Below, piece after piece: positions 17,914 to 27,170 of a DNA stretch of 64,000 nt; the first letter of the stretch is position 1, and each line of letters starts with the position of its first letter. The notes beneath the pieces are model-generated. The model was not told the DNA's origin, ran no database searches, and worked only from the letters and a program-made list of their open reading frames with translations. The position numbers and the translations under genes are program-made. Origin of the DNA: Tateyamaria sp. (lineage in GTDB: Bacteria > Pseudomonadota > Alphaproteobacteria > Rhodobacterales > Rhodobacteraceae); contig NZ_JBDVGB010000054.1 of assembly GCF_039940735.1 (NCBI RefSeq), forward strand, positions 380 through 64,379, written 5' to 3'.

Positions 17914-20076
17914 TCAAGCCGCTGATTGGACGCGATCGGTGCGGCGCAGACGGCGCGATCCGACAAGAAGTTGTAGCAGCAGGATCACTGCAAGCATGGT
18001 GATGATCAGGACGGCTGAATAGGCAATCGCAAGGCCAAATTCGCCGTTCTCAACCCGGCCCACGATGAACGAAGTCGCCATGTTGTGCTTGGCACTGACC
18101 AAGAAGATGACAGCACTGACAGACGTGATCGCACGCACAAAGCTGTAGGTGAGTGCTGCCAAAATGGCAGGCCCCATCAACGGTAGGATCACGCGTCGCA
18201 CTGTTGTAAAGCTGTTGGCCCCAAGGGTGATCGACGCTTCATCAAGGCTTTTGTCCAGCTGCGACATCGCCGCGATACCGCCACGCACACCAACCGGCAT
18301 ATTACGGAAAACAAACACGATAATCAGGATGATGCCTGTGCCCGTTAGCTCAACCGGAGGGAAGTTGAACGCCATGATGTAGCTGACGCCAATCACGGTG
18401 CCGGGGATGGCAAAGCTTAACATGGTTGAAAACTCAAACACATCTTTGCCCGCAAACTGTTGACGCACAAGAAGGTAGGCTGTCGACAGTCCAACAAGGG
18501 CAGTCAATGGCGCCGCGATGGACGAAATTGTCAGCGTGGTAAAGTAACTGTCCCACGCCACGCCAGTAAAGCGCCCCGTTGTGAAATCGATCCCGAATGC
18601 GCGGATATAATGATCGAAAGTGAAACTATGATTGTAGCCCCAAAGCTTCACGAAGCTACCAAACACAATCATCGAATAGACGACGGCTGTCAGCGCGGCC
18701 CATGGTAAGGCGGTTGCGTAACAAAGGTTTTTGACCATAGGGCTGAGCGAAGCGTTCTGGCCTGAATCTGCTTTGCCCGTGATCGTCGCATAGGATTTTT
18801 GACCCAGCCACATGCGCTGCAACAAGAATGCAGAAAGCGTCAGAGTGAGCAAGGCAATCGCAAGGATCGCCGCCTTGGCTGGATCGGCGACGGTACCAAC
18901 GATCGCAAAAAATATGTCCGTCGACAGCACCGAATAGCCGCTGCCCAAGACCAGAGGGTTGCCAAAATCGGCAAGGCTTTCGATGAACCCAAGCAAGAAC
19001 GCATTTGCCAGACCGGGGCGCATCAGCGGCAGTGATACATAGCGGAAGGTTTGCCAACGATCCGCGTCAAGCGTTTGTGACGCTTCCTCCATCGAGGGGC
19101 TGACACCTTGTACGACGCCGATCAAGACAAGGAATGCAATCGGAGTAAAAGACAAAAGCTGCGCAATGTAGACACCCCAAAACCCATAGAGCCAACGGGT
19201 TTTTTCCATTCCGAACAGTTCGGCGGCAAAGGCCGTGACCGTGCCGTTTCGCCCAAACAACAAGATCAACGCAAGGCCGATGACGAAAGGTGGAGTGATG
19301 ATGGGGATGACCGTAAGGACGCGCAGCAATTTCTTGGCGCGAAAATCTGTACGCGTGAAGATCAGCGCAAAGGAAAGGCCAAGCAACGTTGTGCCGAGAC
19401 CGGTAAGGGTGGCAAGGAACACCGAATTGATCGCGACACCACACGAGCGATCCGAGACAAGACAGCGCAGCCCCCAGATATCACTGCTGAAGAAGCGCGG
19501 GAAAAAGCTTGTCAGGCTGTAGCCATCTTTAACTTCAAAGGCCTGAATAAGAATGTGCATCACTGGGAAAAACACAAAGACACCGACAAGCGCGATGATC
19601 AGCCCGATCGTACTGACGACAAAAGCGTCGCCGCGTCCTTTGCCCGTTTGTGACATGGAAACCGTCAGCGCGAACAAAAGACCCGTAATACATATGGCAG
19701 CACCGACGCCCATCCCCGGTTGACCTGCGGTGATGGTTTCACCGGTCAAAATGCCCTCGAACAGGCGCGGGCCTGCACGCACAATAATAAGGCCTTGCAA
19801 GGCCGTCCAAGCGAGGCCGAGGGCGGCGAGGCCTAATGTTGTCTTGGCACGTTGCACCGGGCTTTTCATGGCCAGAACGGCGGCAATCGCTGCAATCAAA
19901 AGCATACCGATCGGCGCCAGCCACCAGTGGCCGGACATCACAAGCCAAAGCCCGCTAGAAGGCGCACCATCCGTTAGCCATTCAAATGAGAGAAAGCCTG
20001 CGTCCGTCATATGCCAAGGCAGCACAGCAAAGCCGACGAGCCCGGTGACGAGCCAGAACAAAACCGTTCGTTTCAT
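17914..20076 (-). CDS. afuB: ABC transporter permease (AfuB/FbpB type, duplicated)
   Basis: 720 aa with two EAA loops (EEASQTLDAD, DEASITLGAN) and a DFGNP motif. Confidence 0.85.
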   Translation of the reverse strand: MKRTVLFWLVTGLVGFAVLPWHMTDAGFLSFEWLTDGAPSSGLWLVMSGHWWLAPIGMLLIAAIAAVLAMKSPVQRAKTTLGLAALGLAWTALQGLIIVRAGPRLFEGILTGETITAGQPGMGVGAAICITGLLFALTVSMSQTGKGRGDAFVVSTIGLIIALVGVFVFFPVMHILIQAFEVKDGYSLTSFFPRFFSSDIWGLRCLVSDRSCGVAINSVFLATLTGLGTTLLGLSFALIFTRTDFRAKKLLRVLTVIPIITPPFVIGLALILLFGRNGTVTAFAAELFGMEKTRWLYGFWGVYIAQLLSFTPIAFLVLIGVVQGVSPSMEEASQTLDADRWQTFRYVSLPLMRPGLANAFLLGFIESLADFGNPLVLGSGYSVLSTDIFFAIVGTVADPAKAAILAIALLTLTLSAFLLQRMWLGQKSYATITGKADSGQNASLSPMVKNLCYATALPWAALTAVVYSMIVFGSFVKLWGYNHSFTFDHYIRAFGIDFTTGRFTGVAWDSYFTTLTISSIAAPLTALVGLSTAYLLVRQQFAGKDVFEFSTMLSFAIPGTVIGVSYIMAFNFPPVELTGTGIILIIVFVFRNMPVGVRGGIAAMSQLDKSLDEASITLGANSFTTVRRVILPLMGPAILAALTYSFVRAITSVSAVIFLVSAKHNMATSFIVGRVENGEFGLAIAYSAVLIITMLAVILLLQLLVGSRRLRRTDRVQSAA

Positions 20077-20173
20077 ATTTAAGTCCAGTGAAGTGAGGGA
20101 GAGGATGCCCCCGAGTTAGAGGGCACCCAATGGTCAGCGTTACGAAGAATTTGAACGCCGACAGCGAGACTTA

Positions 20174-21196
20174 TTACTGTGGATTGGGATCACCCACATC
20201 AGAGTCCCAGCGTGCCAACAACCGCGCCCGAGTATCGCTTGAACCGTACGTCGCGAAATCATAGTCGATCAGTTTGATCGAGGCGAGATCAGGCGATTCA
20301 GGTGCAACTTCTGCATTAGAATTTGAAGGAACTTGGAACGATCCTGTCTCTGGCGCACGGGACTGAATGTCAGCGCGCAGCGCAAATTCAACCCAAGCTT
20401 TTGCGCCTTCTAAGTTGCGTGCCCCTTGGATGATGCTAACAGCGCCGACCTCATAACCAGTGCCTTCACATGGTGCGACTGCCACAAGTGGAAAGCCCTG
20501 TGCCGCTAGGTTGACCATGTCATGCATAAACCCAATGGACACACCGGTTTCACCGCGCGCCGCTGCCTTAGATGGCGCCGAGCCTGACTTCGTATATGAG
20601 TTCACATTCTGGCCAATAGCGGCAAGTTTCGTGTAGGCTTCGTCTTCGCCAAACAACTGCACGAACGTCGCAAGTTCTGTATAGGCCGTGCCTGAACTGT
20701 TCGGGTTGGCCACTTGAATTTCACCGACAAAACGTGGGTCTTCCAGATCGGCCCAACATGCTGGGGGTGCGATGCCTTTTTCAGCTAAAATCTCAGAATT
20801 ATAAGCCATGGCCAAAGCACCGGCATAAATGCCGATTGACCGACCTTTTGAAATTGTGGCCATGTTCTGTGCCCAACCAAGCAAGTCAGACGTGTCGGCG
20901 CCGGACGCTTGGGTCAGGCCTTCTTCAGCTGCGATCAAGTGTGGATCACCCGTACCGCCCCACCAAACGTCAATCTTTGGGTTACCCGCTTCGGCGCGGA
21001 TTTGTGCCAATGTCTCGCCTGTGGATTTGCGCACCATCAGGACGTCGGTATCAGCGTTTTCAGCTTCAAAAGCTGCGACCATCAAATCGCACCAATCTTG
21101 CTCAGCACTACATACAACGCTAATTTCATCCGCAGATGCAGCAGTTGCGCCCGCCATCATCAAGACGGCGGATGAGACCATACCAAATTTCTTCAT
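20174..21196 (-). CDS. afuA: ABC substrate-binding protein, AfuA-like (sugar-phosphate-binding subfamily)
   Basis: Signal peptide, then CSA, WGGTGDPH, NPNSSGTAYT, YTKSG, GFMHD, PCEGTGYE and LIDYDF. These match the AfuA subfamily as I recall it. Confidence 0.75.
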   Translation of the reverse strand: MKKFGMVSSAVLMMAGATAASADEISVVCSAEQDWCDLMVAAFEAENADTDVLMVRKSTGETLAQIRAEAGNPKIDVWWGGTGDPHLIAAEEGLTQASGADTSDLLGWAQNMATISKGRSIGIYAGALAMAYNSEILAEKGIAPPACWADLEDPRFVGEIQVANPNSSGTAYTELATFVQLFGEDEAYTKLAAIGQNVNSYTKSGSAPSKAAARGETGVSIGFMHDMVNLAAQGFPLVAVAPCEGTGYEVGAVSIIQGARNLEGAKAWVEFALRADIQSRAPETGSFQVPSNSNAEVAPESPDLASIKLIDYDFATYGSSDTRARLLARWDSDVGDPNPQ

Positions 21197-21293
21197 GTCT
21201 TCCTCCCAGAAGTGTTTCTTGCCACAACGGATATTTTTCCGATCGGCAAGGTCAGCCTAAAGGGCGACCGCGCAAACGCAGACTCTGCGTACA

Positions 21294-21360
21294 TTAACAA
21301 TGCTACAGGACCGACGGTTTACCGTTAACAATATTACAACGGGCAGTTGTTCTGTAATAT
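21294..21360. promoter_or_regulatory. Candidate operator repeats in the afuA / response-regulator divergent promoter
   Basis: Direct repeats TTAACAATGCTACA (21294) and TTAACAATATTACA (21325), plus the inverted repeat ATATTACA-N14-TGTAATAT (21331-21360). Confidence 0.45.
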
Positions 21361-21434
21361 TTGAAACGAACAAAACTGAGACGAAAGGATAGATTGTCAG
21401 TAGGCTCAACATCAGACCGAGAGAAAGCTGGCCA

Positions 21435-22163
21435 ATGAATCGCGCGAAAATTGGAATTGTGGACGACGAAGTTGGGATGCGCGACGCACTGGTAGCTTTG
21501 CTCATTGAAAACCACTTTGATCCAGTCCCCATGGAAAGCAGCGCTGACTTCTTGGTAATCCGTAAATCCGTCGACCTTGATTTGGTCTTGATCGATTTGC
21601 AGCTCAACGGCGAAAGCGGGCTCGAACTGGCCATGGACATTCGCAGCAAAGGCGACCTCCCCATTGTGATGCTCTCTGGTCATGGCGATGAGACTGACAA
21701 GATTGTCGGGTTAGAGGTTGGCGCGGATGATTATTTGCTTAAACCCTTCAATCCGCGCGAACTGATTGCCCGTATCCGCGCCGTTCTGCGCAGGTATGGC
21801 AAAGGGGCAAGCGTGCCGATGGCTTCGGGTGAAAATGACCAGAATATTGCGTTAGGCGCGTTGGTCGTTGATCGCATCAACAAGATCGTCAGCACAACAG
21901 ACGGCGATGAAGTGCCATTGACCAATGCTGAATATCGATTGCTTGATTTCTTTCTTGATCGGCCGAACGAGATCATTCCGCGTGTGGATCTGCTTGCGGA
22001 AATTGGCAGTGATTTAACCCGTTACATGGACCGCACGATAGACGTTCTGATCTTGCGATTGCGCCGCAAGATCGAGGAAAACCCCTCCAAACCGGTCCAC
22101 CTTCAGACACGCCGGGGCCAAGGTTATATCTTTGTCACCGAGAATTCAGGGCCAAACCATTGA
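21435..22163 (+). CDS. OmpR-family response regulator
   Basis: IVDD, LIDLQL, GADDYLLKPF and a winged helix (RTIDVLILRLRRKIE, TRRGQGY). Confidence 0.92.
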   Translation: MNRAKIGIVDDEVGMRDALVALLIENHFDPVPMESSADFLVIRKSVDLDLVLIDLQLNGESGLELAMDIRSKGDLPIVMLSGHGDETDKIVGLEVGADDYLLKPFNPRELIARIRAVLRRYGKGASVPMASGENDQNIALGALVVDRINKIVSTTDGDEVPLTNAEYRLLDFFLDRPNEIIPRVDLLAEIGSDLTRYMDRTIDVLILRLRRKIEENPSKPVHLQTRRGQGYIFVTENSGPNH

Positions 22164-24688
22164 GTTTTTTCAGCCTGCGGACCGTGCGCGGCAGACTGTG
22201 GGCGGCGCTCACGCTTTTGTCGGTTGCTGTGTTGTCGGCAAGTGCAGTGACGTGGATTGCATTGCAACGGGTTGACGCGCGTTTGCAGGATTTGCACCAA
22301 GAAACGCTTAGTCAGGTGGCCCAAGCGCTGGATTTGTCGAAACGGTCTTCTGATCTGGCGACATCTGCCCCCTATCTTCTGAACCAGCGTTCCAATTTCC
22401 TGATCGAACAAGAGGGTGCAAAACTGCTGACGGTTCTGGATCGTGTCCGCACTGATTGGCCAGAGACCCGTTTTGATAATGCACAAGACCCTCAACCACC
22501 TGTTTCAGATATTCTGGATAGTATGGCTGCGGGCGTTGCTGATCTTGTGACGGCGTCGCGCAGCCTTGATGCGTTACAAGCGCAATTGCGCGAACACACG
22601 GCGGTTCTTGGGATCCTCAGGAATACAGCAACGACTGCGACGGCTGCCCCCGTTGGTGATGACCAATCACGCCTAATCTGGTGGTCGCTTCAAAGTATGA
22701 ACGCAGATGCATTGAATGCGGCTTATGCTGGAAATCTGATCGGTGTTGGCGAAGAACAACGGCATTATTTACGCCAGCGCGAAACGCTTGGTGGGGTTCC
22801 GTTAAATGCCCGACACGAGGTTTTCCTTCAGCAACTTGAAGACGTGGTCTGGGGCAGCGTGGGCCTTTTTGAATTGCGGCGGTTTGAGCTATCCAGCAAT
22901 CTTGACGCCCAAAACGCGCTGTTTCGCATTCGCCATGACGCAAACCGTATCAACGAGCTTGCGGGAGAATACGCAGATCAAGCCGAGGCGTTTCTGGCCG
23001 TCGAAAGGGCTGCTTCGTCGCGTACAATCTGGGGGGCCCGCATGACAGTCGCGGCCATTAGCGCCGTCAGTCTAGTTTTGGCCATGACTGCGGCCATTTA
23101 CGTATCACAATACGTCACATTCAACATCACACGGGTCTCAGCGGCGATGGTCCGGCTTGCAAACGGAGACCGCGCGAGCGTCCTCCCACGCCGCCTTGGC
23201 GGTAAAGACGAGATCGGAGACCTCTTTCGGTCCTTCCGCAGCTTTCGGGCAATTGCCTTGCGGTTCGATCGGTCCAACAGACAATTGGATCAGCGCAATG
23301 CGCTTTTTGAAAAGGTGTTCACAAATATTTCGGACGGCATCGCCATTGCCGACGCATCAGGTCGGGTAACAGCACGCAATCCTGCCTTCCTTAGAATTTT
23401 GCAGCTAACGGATGGCGCGCCAGAGGCCACATCGTTTGTGGATTGGCTGCACCAAGGACGTTTTGCCAAGGCTGCACAACACATTGGCCTAAGGCACGAT
23501 CATCGCGGCCATTGTGAGTTGGTGTCGTCAGATGGGCAGGTGTTAGACATACGTGCCAGTAAATTGCCCGACGATGGCCGCGTCTGGCTCTTGGCTGACG
23601 TCACAGAACGCCGAAAAATGTCAGATCGTCTGCAACAAATCGATCGCATCGAAACGTTAGGCAAGGTTGCAGGGGACACCGCCCATGATTTTGCTAATAT
23701 CCTGTCGACCATTCGCACCCATGCGCACTTGCTTGAAACGCAAAGTCACGACGGTACGAGCGAAAGCCTGGATGCTATTGGAAATGCTGTTGATTTCGGC
23801 GCCTCGCTGACGGACCGCCTGTTGGCATTTGCCCGCAAACAAAGTTTGATACCTGAGGTGGTAGATCTAAATGCTTTGATCGATGGAATGATTGACCTGG
23901 TTGAGATCGGTCTCAAACCGAATGTGCAGTTAGATGTTTCAATTCCTGCAACCCCTTTGCATGTGACGGCTGATCCGGGGCAACTGGAATCCGCCTTGTT
24001 GAACCTGCTTTTGAACGCAAATAACGCCATCGTTGACGCAGGGAACATCAAAGTCACGCTCGATCGAAACGGGACTGATCAAGCCCGGATTTTGATCGCA
24101 GACGACGGACAAGGGATGCCGTTAGACGTTCTTGATCGCGCGATAGAACCCTTCTTCACAACGCGAGAATCCGAGGGCGGAACAGGGCTTGGTTTGTCCA
24201 TTGTTTATGGGTTCATCAGACAAACTGGTGGGCATCTGAATATCGACAGCAAACCCGAACGTGGCACGCAAATTGAAGTTTTGTTGCCTCTGGTGGTGAC
24301 TGAGAACGTGCAACAATGCAATGTTTCCTCCCCTGCATGCCTGCTTGTGGAAGATGATCCAAGAACGCGTGCAGCCGTTAAAAAGCTGCTCGTTGATCTC
24401 GGATATGATGTCACGATGTGTGACACGGGCCAGAAAGCGCTGACATTGCTTCAGCAGCACCGATTTGACCTGCTACTCAGTGATCTTGATCTTGGCGGGG
24501 TGATCGATGGTCTTGATCTGGTTGAGGCAACTTGGCGCGGGCCGCACAACGTTAAGACCATCATTATGTCCGGCAAATCATCCGCGAAAAAGGTTATGCC
24601 TGATCATACGGCGTTTATCGAAAAACCGGTCACAGGTGATGAGCTTGCTGTTATTCTTGAACGGAAAGAGCGCACCCGAAATCTCTAG
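22160..24688 (+). CDS. Hybrid sensor histidine kinase (periplasmic sensor, HAMP, PAS, HisKA/HATPase, REC)
   Basis: H-box AHDFANIL, N-box LLNLLLNA, DDGQGM, FFTT and GTGLGL, with a C-terminal receiver domain. It overlaps the regulator by 4 nt. Confidence 0.9.
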   Translation: MSFFSLRTVRGRLWAALTLLSVAVLSASAVTWIALQRVDARLQDLHQETLSQVAQALDLSKRSSDLATSAPYLLNQRSNFLIEQEGAKLLTVLDRVRTDWPETRFDNAQDPQPPVSDILDSMAAGVADLVTASRSLDALQAQLREHTAVLGILRNTATTATAAPVGDDQSRLIWWSLQSMNADALNAAYAGNLIGVGEEQRHYLRQRETLGGVPLNARHEVFLQQLEDVVWGSVGLFELRRFELSSNLDAQNALFRIRHDANRINELAGEYADQAEAFLAVERAASSRTIWGARMTVAAISAVSLVLAMTAAIYVSQYVTFNITRVSAAMVRLANGDRASVLPRRLGGKDEIGDLFRSFRSFRAIALRFDRSNRQLDQRNALFEKVFTNISDGIAIADASGRVTARNPAFLRILQLTDGAPEATSFVDWLHQGRFAKAAQHIGLRHDHRGHCELVSSDGQVLDIRASKLPDDGRVWLLADVTERRKMSDRLQQIDRIETLGKVAGDTAHDFANILSTIRTHAHLLETQSHDGTSESLDAIGNAVDFGASLTDRLLAFARKQSLIPEVVDLNALIDGMIDLVEIGLKPNVQLDVSIPATPLHVTADPGQLESALLNLLLNANNAIVDAGNIKVTLDRNGTDQARILIADDGQGMPLDVLDRAIEPFFTTRESEGGTGLGLSIVYGFIRQTGGHLNIDSKPERGTQIEVLLPLVVTENVQQCNVSSPACLLVEDDPRTRAAVKKLLVDLGYDVTMCDTGQKALTLLQQHRFDLLLSDLDLGGVIDGLDLVEATWRGPHNVKTIIMSGKSSAKKVMPDHTAFIEKPVTGDELAVILERKERTRNL

Positions 24689-24873
24689 ACTCGGACATTG
24701 GGCTGATTGCAGCGAAAGCACACTTTGTCCCGCATAGTACCCTTCGTGGGTTGTGGGCAGAAAGTCGGGCCGTGTCACAAGGTCTGTAGTTTAGGCCGAA
24801 ATTGCGTGACGTTTCGCAGACGTATGCTGCGGAACGATCGGAATACTTCCGTGTCCCGCAAACCGTTTTCGCA

Positions 24874-25500
24874 TCATGCCGCCGTCATCCCCAATCCGGA
24901 CAAGGCGCGAATATGTGTGACGATGTCCGCGACCCCTTGGCCATGGCGCAATGCTGCAAACACAAAGGGGCGGCCGGCGCGCATGCGTGTGGCGTCCCGC
25001 TCCATCACCTCAAGCGATGCACCCACATGAGGAGCAAGATCGGTTTTGTTGATGATCAACAGGTCCGAGCGCGTGATTGCTGGGCCACCTTTGCGCGGGA
25101 TCTCTTCGCCTGCTGCTGTGTCGATCACATAAAGCGTAATATCGGCCAGTTCGGGGGAAAATGTGGCTGACAGGTTGTCGCCGCCGGATTCGATCAGGAT
25201 CGCCTCGATCTCTGGGTGGCGCGTGCGCATTTCGGCCACAGCGGCGAGGTTGATCGATGCGTCTTCGCGGATCGCTGTATGTGGACAGCCGCCGGTTTCG
25301 ACACCGATGATGCGGTCTTGGGGCAGGATTTGGCGGCGCATCAGTTCTTCGGCATCTTCTTGGGTATAGATGTCGTTGGTGATCACACCGATCGAATGCT
25401 GATCCTTGAGCGCTGTGGCTAGCGCGGCAGTTAGCGTGGTTTTACCAGCGCCGACAGGGCCGCCGATGCCGATGCGCAGGGGGCCGTTCAGTTGGGTCAT
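24874..25500 (-). CDS. ureG: Urease accessory GTPase UreG
   Basis: [23 protein letters not shown] and NKTD motifs. Confidence 0.97.
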   Translation of the reverse strand: MTQLNGPLRIGIGGPVGAGKTTLTAALATALKDQHSIGVITNDIYTQEDAEELMRRQILPQDRIIGVETGGCPHTAIREDASINLAAVAEMRTRHPEIEAILIESGGDNLSATFSPELADITLYVIDTAAGEEIPRKGGPAITRSDLLIINKTDLAPHVGASLEVMERDATRMRAGRPFVFAALRHGQGVADIVTHIRALSGLGMTAA

Positions 25501-26129
25501 GTGCGAAATATCCTAGGTTGCAGGGTTTCGTGGCGCATCGCTGCGATATCAGCGGCAAAGCTGGCGGCGCTCAGATCGTCCAGCGTTGTGGATGCGGCCA
25601 TAGTTGCTGTGATGTTGATCGCGTCGCCAAGCCTGGCAAGCACTTGCTGTGCCGCGGTTTGGCCCAGTGGCATCAAGCGTTGCGCAGCGGAGGTTAGGTT
25701 TGAGGCAAAGGCGTGCAGATACAGCGGCAGCGTTTGCGTCAGCGGCACATCCATGGCGCGGGCTGCGGCGCCAACGGCGACGGGGTAGGTGAGGGCGGTG
25801 ATCTCGATATTCCAGACCGCTCGCGCGGTGTCGCAAAAGGCGGCCCCTTGCAGGTCGCTTTCGCGCAGTCGTTCCGCCCAGGAAGCAAAGGCGCGCGCGG
25901 TGGCGTCGGCTTGCGCGGGGTCTGTGGCGTTATATGCCGCAGCCAACAGGATGGCGTCAGCGCGGGCAGAGCCGCCGGTGATCAACGTTTCGATCCAGTC
26001 ATGCAGCGTGTCTGCGTCATGCACCTGCCCATCCGCGATGGCCTGTTCCAGCCCGTGGCTATAGGCAAAGGCCCCGACCGGAAAGGCGGGCGACAGCCAC
26101 TGCATCAAGGTGAGGGCCGGATCGCTCAT
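25497..26129 (-). CDS. ureF: Urease accessory protein UreF
   Basis: [17 protein letters not shown] and the C-terminal [11 protein letters not shown]. Confidence 0.95.
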   Translation of the reverse strand: MSDPALTLMQWLSPAFPVGAFAYSHGLEQAIADGQVHDADTLHDWIETLITGGSARADAILLAAAYNATDPAQADATARAFASWAERLRESDLQGAAFCDTARAVWNIEITALTYPVAVGAAARAMDVPLTQTLPLYLHAFASNLTSAAQRLMPLGQTAAQQVLARLGDAINITATMAASTTLDDLSAASFAADIAAMRHETLQPRIFRT

Positions 26130-26581
26130 GTGTGGCTGTGGCTGTGGTCATGCCCGTGGGTGCGCCCATGGCCATAAGCGCCGCCTTCGGGGGTGAACGG
26201 TTCTGTGACGTCGCGCGTTGCCGCTCCGATTTTTGACAGCATGTCGGCCATCACGTGATCGCGTTGGATCAGCAGGCGGTTGGGTCCAATCTGGCAAGGG
26301 GTGTGACGATTGCCGATGTGCCACGCGATGCGGTGCAGCGCGTCGCCCGTGACCTCAAGCAGAGGTTCGGGGGCGGCATCGACGCGGATTTCATGTTTGT
26401 CTGTCGTGATCAACGCGCCGCCATGATCCAGCGACGTAGTTTGGGGGAGGTCCACGAGCAGTTGTTGGCCCGAGGCAAGGGTCAGGACTTTGCGCCGCAA
26501 AAAGCGGTCCTCATAGGTGAGGGACACGTGGTCAGACGCGTCTGTGTGCAGGTGGTTGTGATAGGTTTGTGCAGTTTGCAT
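26126..26581 (-). CDS. ureE: Urease accessory nickel chaperone UreE
   Basis: RFLRRK, AWHIGNRH, PFTPEGGAY and a His-rich tail. Confidence 0.95.
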   Translation of the reverse strand: MQTAQTYHNHLHTDASDHVSLTYEDRFLRRKVLTLASGQQLLVDLPQTTSLDHGGALITTDKHEIRVDAAPEPLLEVTGDALHRIAWHIGNRHTPCQIGPNRLLIQRDHVMADMLSKIGAATRDVTEPFTPEGGAYGHGRTHGHDHSHSHT

Positions 26582-26597
26582 GATATTTCAGAGTTAA

Positions 26598-26681
26598 GGG
26601 CGGGCCCCGGCCGCCGGGTGGGGGAGAAGCCCCCGCCCGGGGCGGCGGTCGGGGGCTGCCCGGCCTTGGGGCCGGGCGGGG
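26598..26681. repeat. Extremely GC-rich double-hairpin intergenic element
   Basis: Long stem around GGGTGGGGG-AGAAG-CCCCCGCCC, followed by CCCGGCC-TTGG-GGCCGGG. Confidence 0.6.
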
Positions 26682-26690
26682 TAATCAATC

Positions 26691-27170
26691 TCAAATGAGT
26701 TCTACTTTTAGACGCTTTATTTGATCGCTCCACCAATTGATCGCCATTTCATACACGTCGCGTGCGTCTTCATTGAAAAAATACCCGCTTACTATGGGAC
26801 GAAAAAGATCTGGGGTGATTTTGAATTGCTCCTTACCAGTAAGGACAACCAAACTGATCGATTCTTGCTTAGAGACTGTTGACGAAGAACTGTGGACTAC
26901 CATGTCCCGCTCTCCCTTAATGAAGTCGGTGAACATGGGGTCACTTTTCCAGTGTTCTCTAAAGAAGGGTTCTTGGACGAGTCCTAACGAATTTCTTAAA
27001 CCGTCCTCGTTTCTACCATCAGTCTTGTCGAGGGTTTCCCCCACTGAACGGATGAGCGCCATTGCACCGATCCAGATGATTGACCATTTCGTTTCGTCGC
27101 CTTCATCCTCAAGCATCTCGTAAGCGACGACGCACTTTTCTAGGGCTGTTTCCGCTGCAAGCTTCCTCAA
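26691..27170 (-). CDS. Hypothetical protein, low GC, inserted between ureC and ureE
   Basis: 159-aa ORF whose TTG start overlaps the ureC TGA stop. Hand-counted lines are about 38-40% GC. It contains an R-x4-H motif (ERDMVVH). Confidence 0.65.
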   Translation of the reverse strand: MRKLAAETALEKCVVAYEMLEDEGDETKWSIIWIGAMALIRSVGETLDKTDGRNEDGLRNSLGLVQEPFFREHWKSDPMFTDFIKGERDMVVHSSSSTVSKQESISLVVLTGKEQFKITPDLFRPIVSGYFFNEDARDVYEMAINWWSDQIKRLKVELI

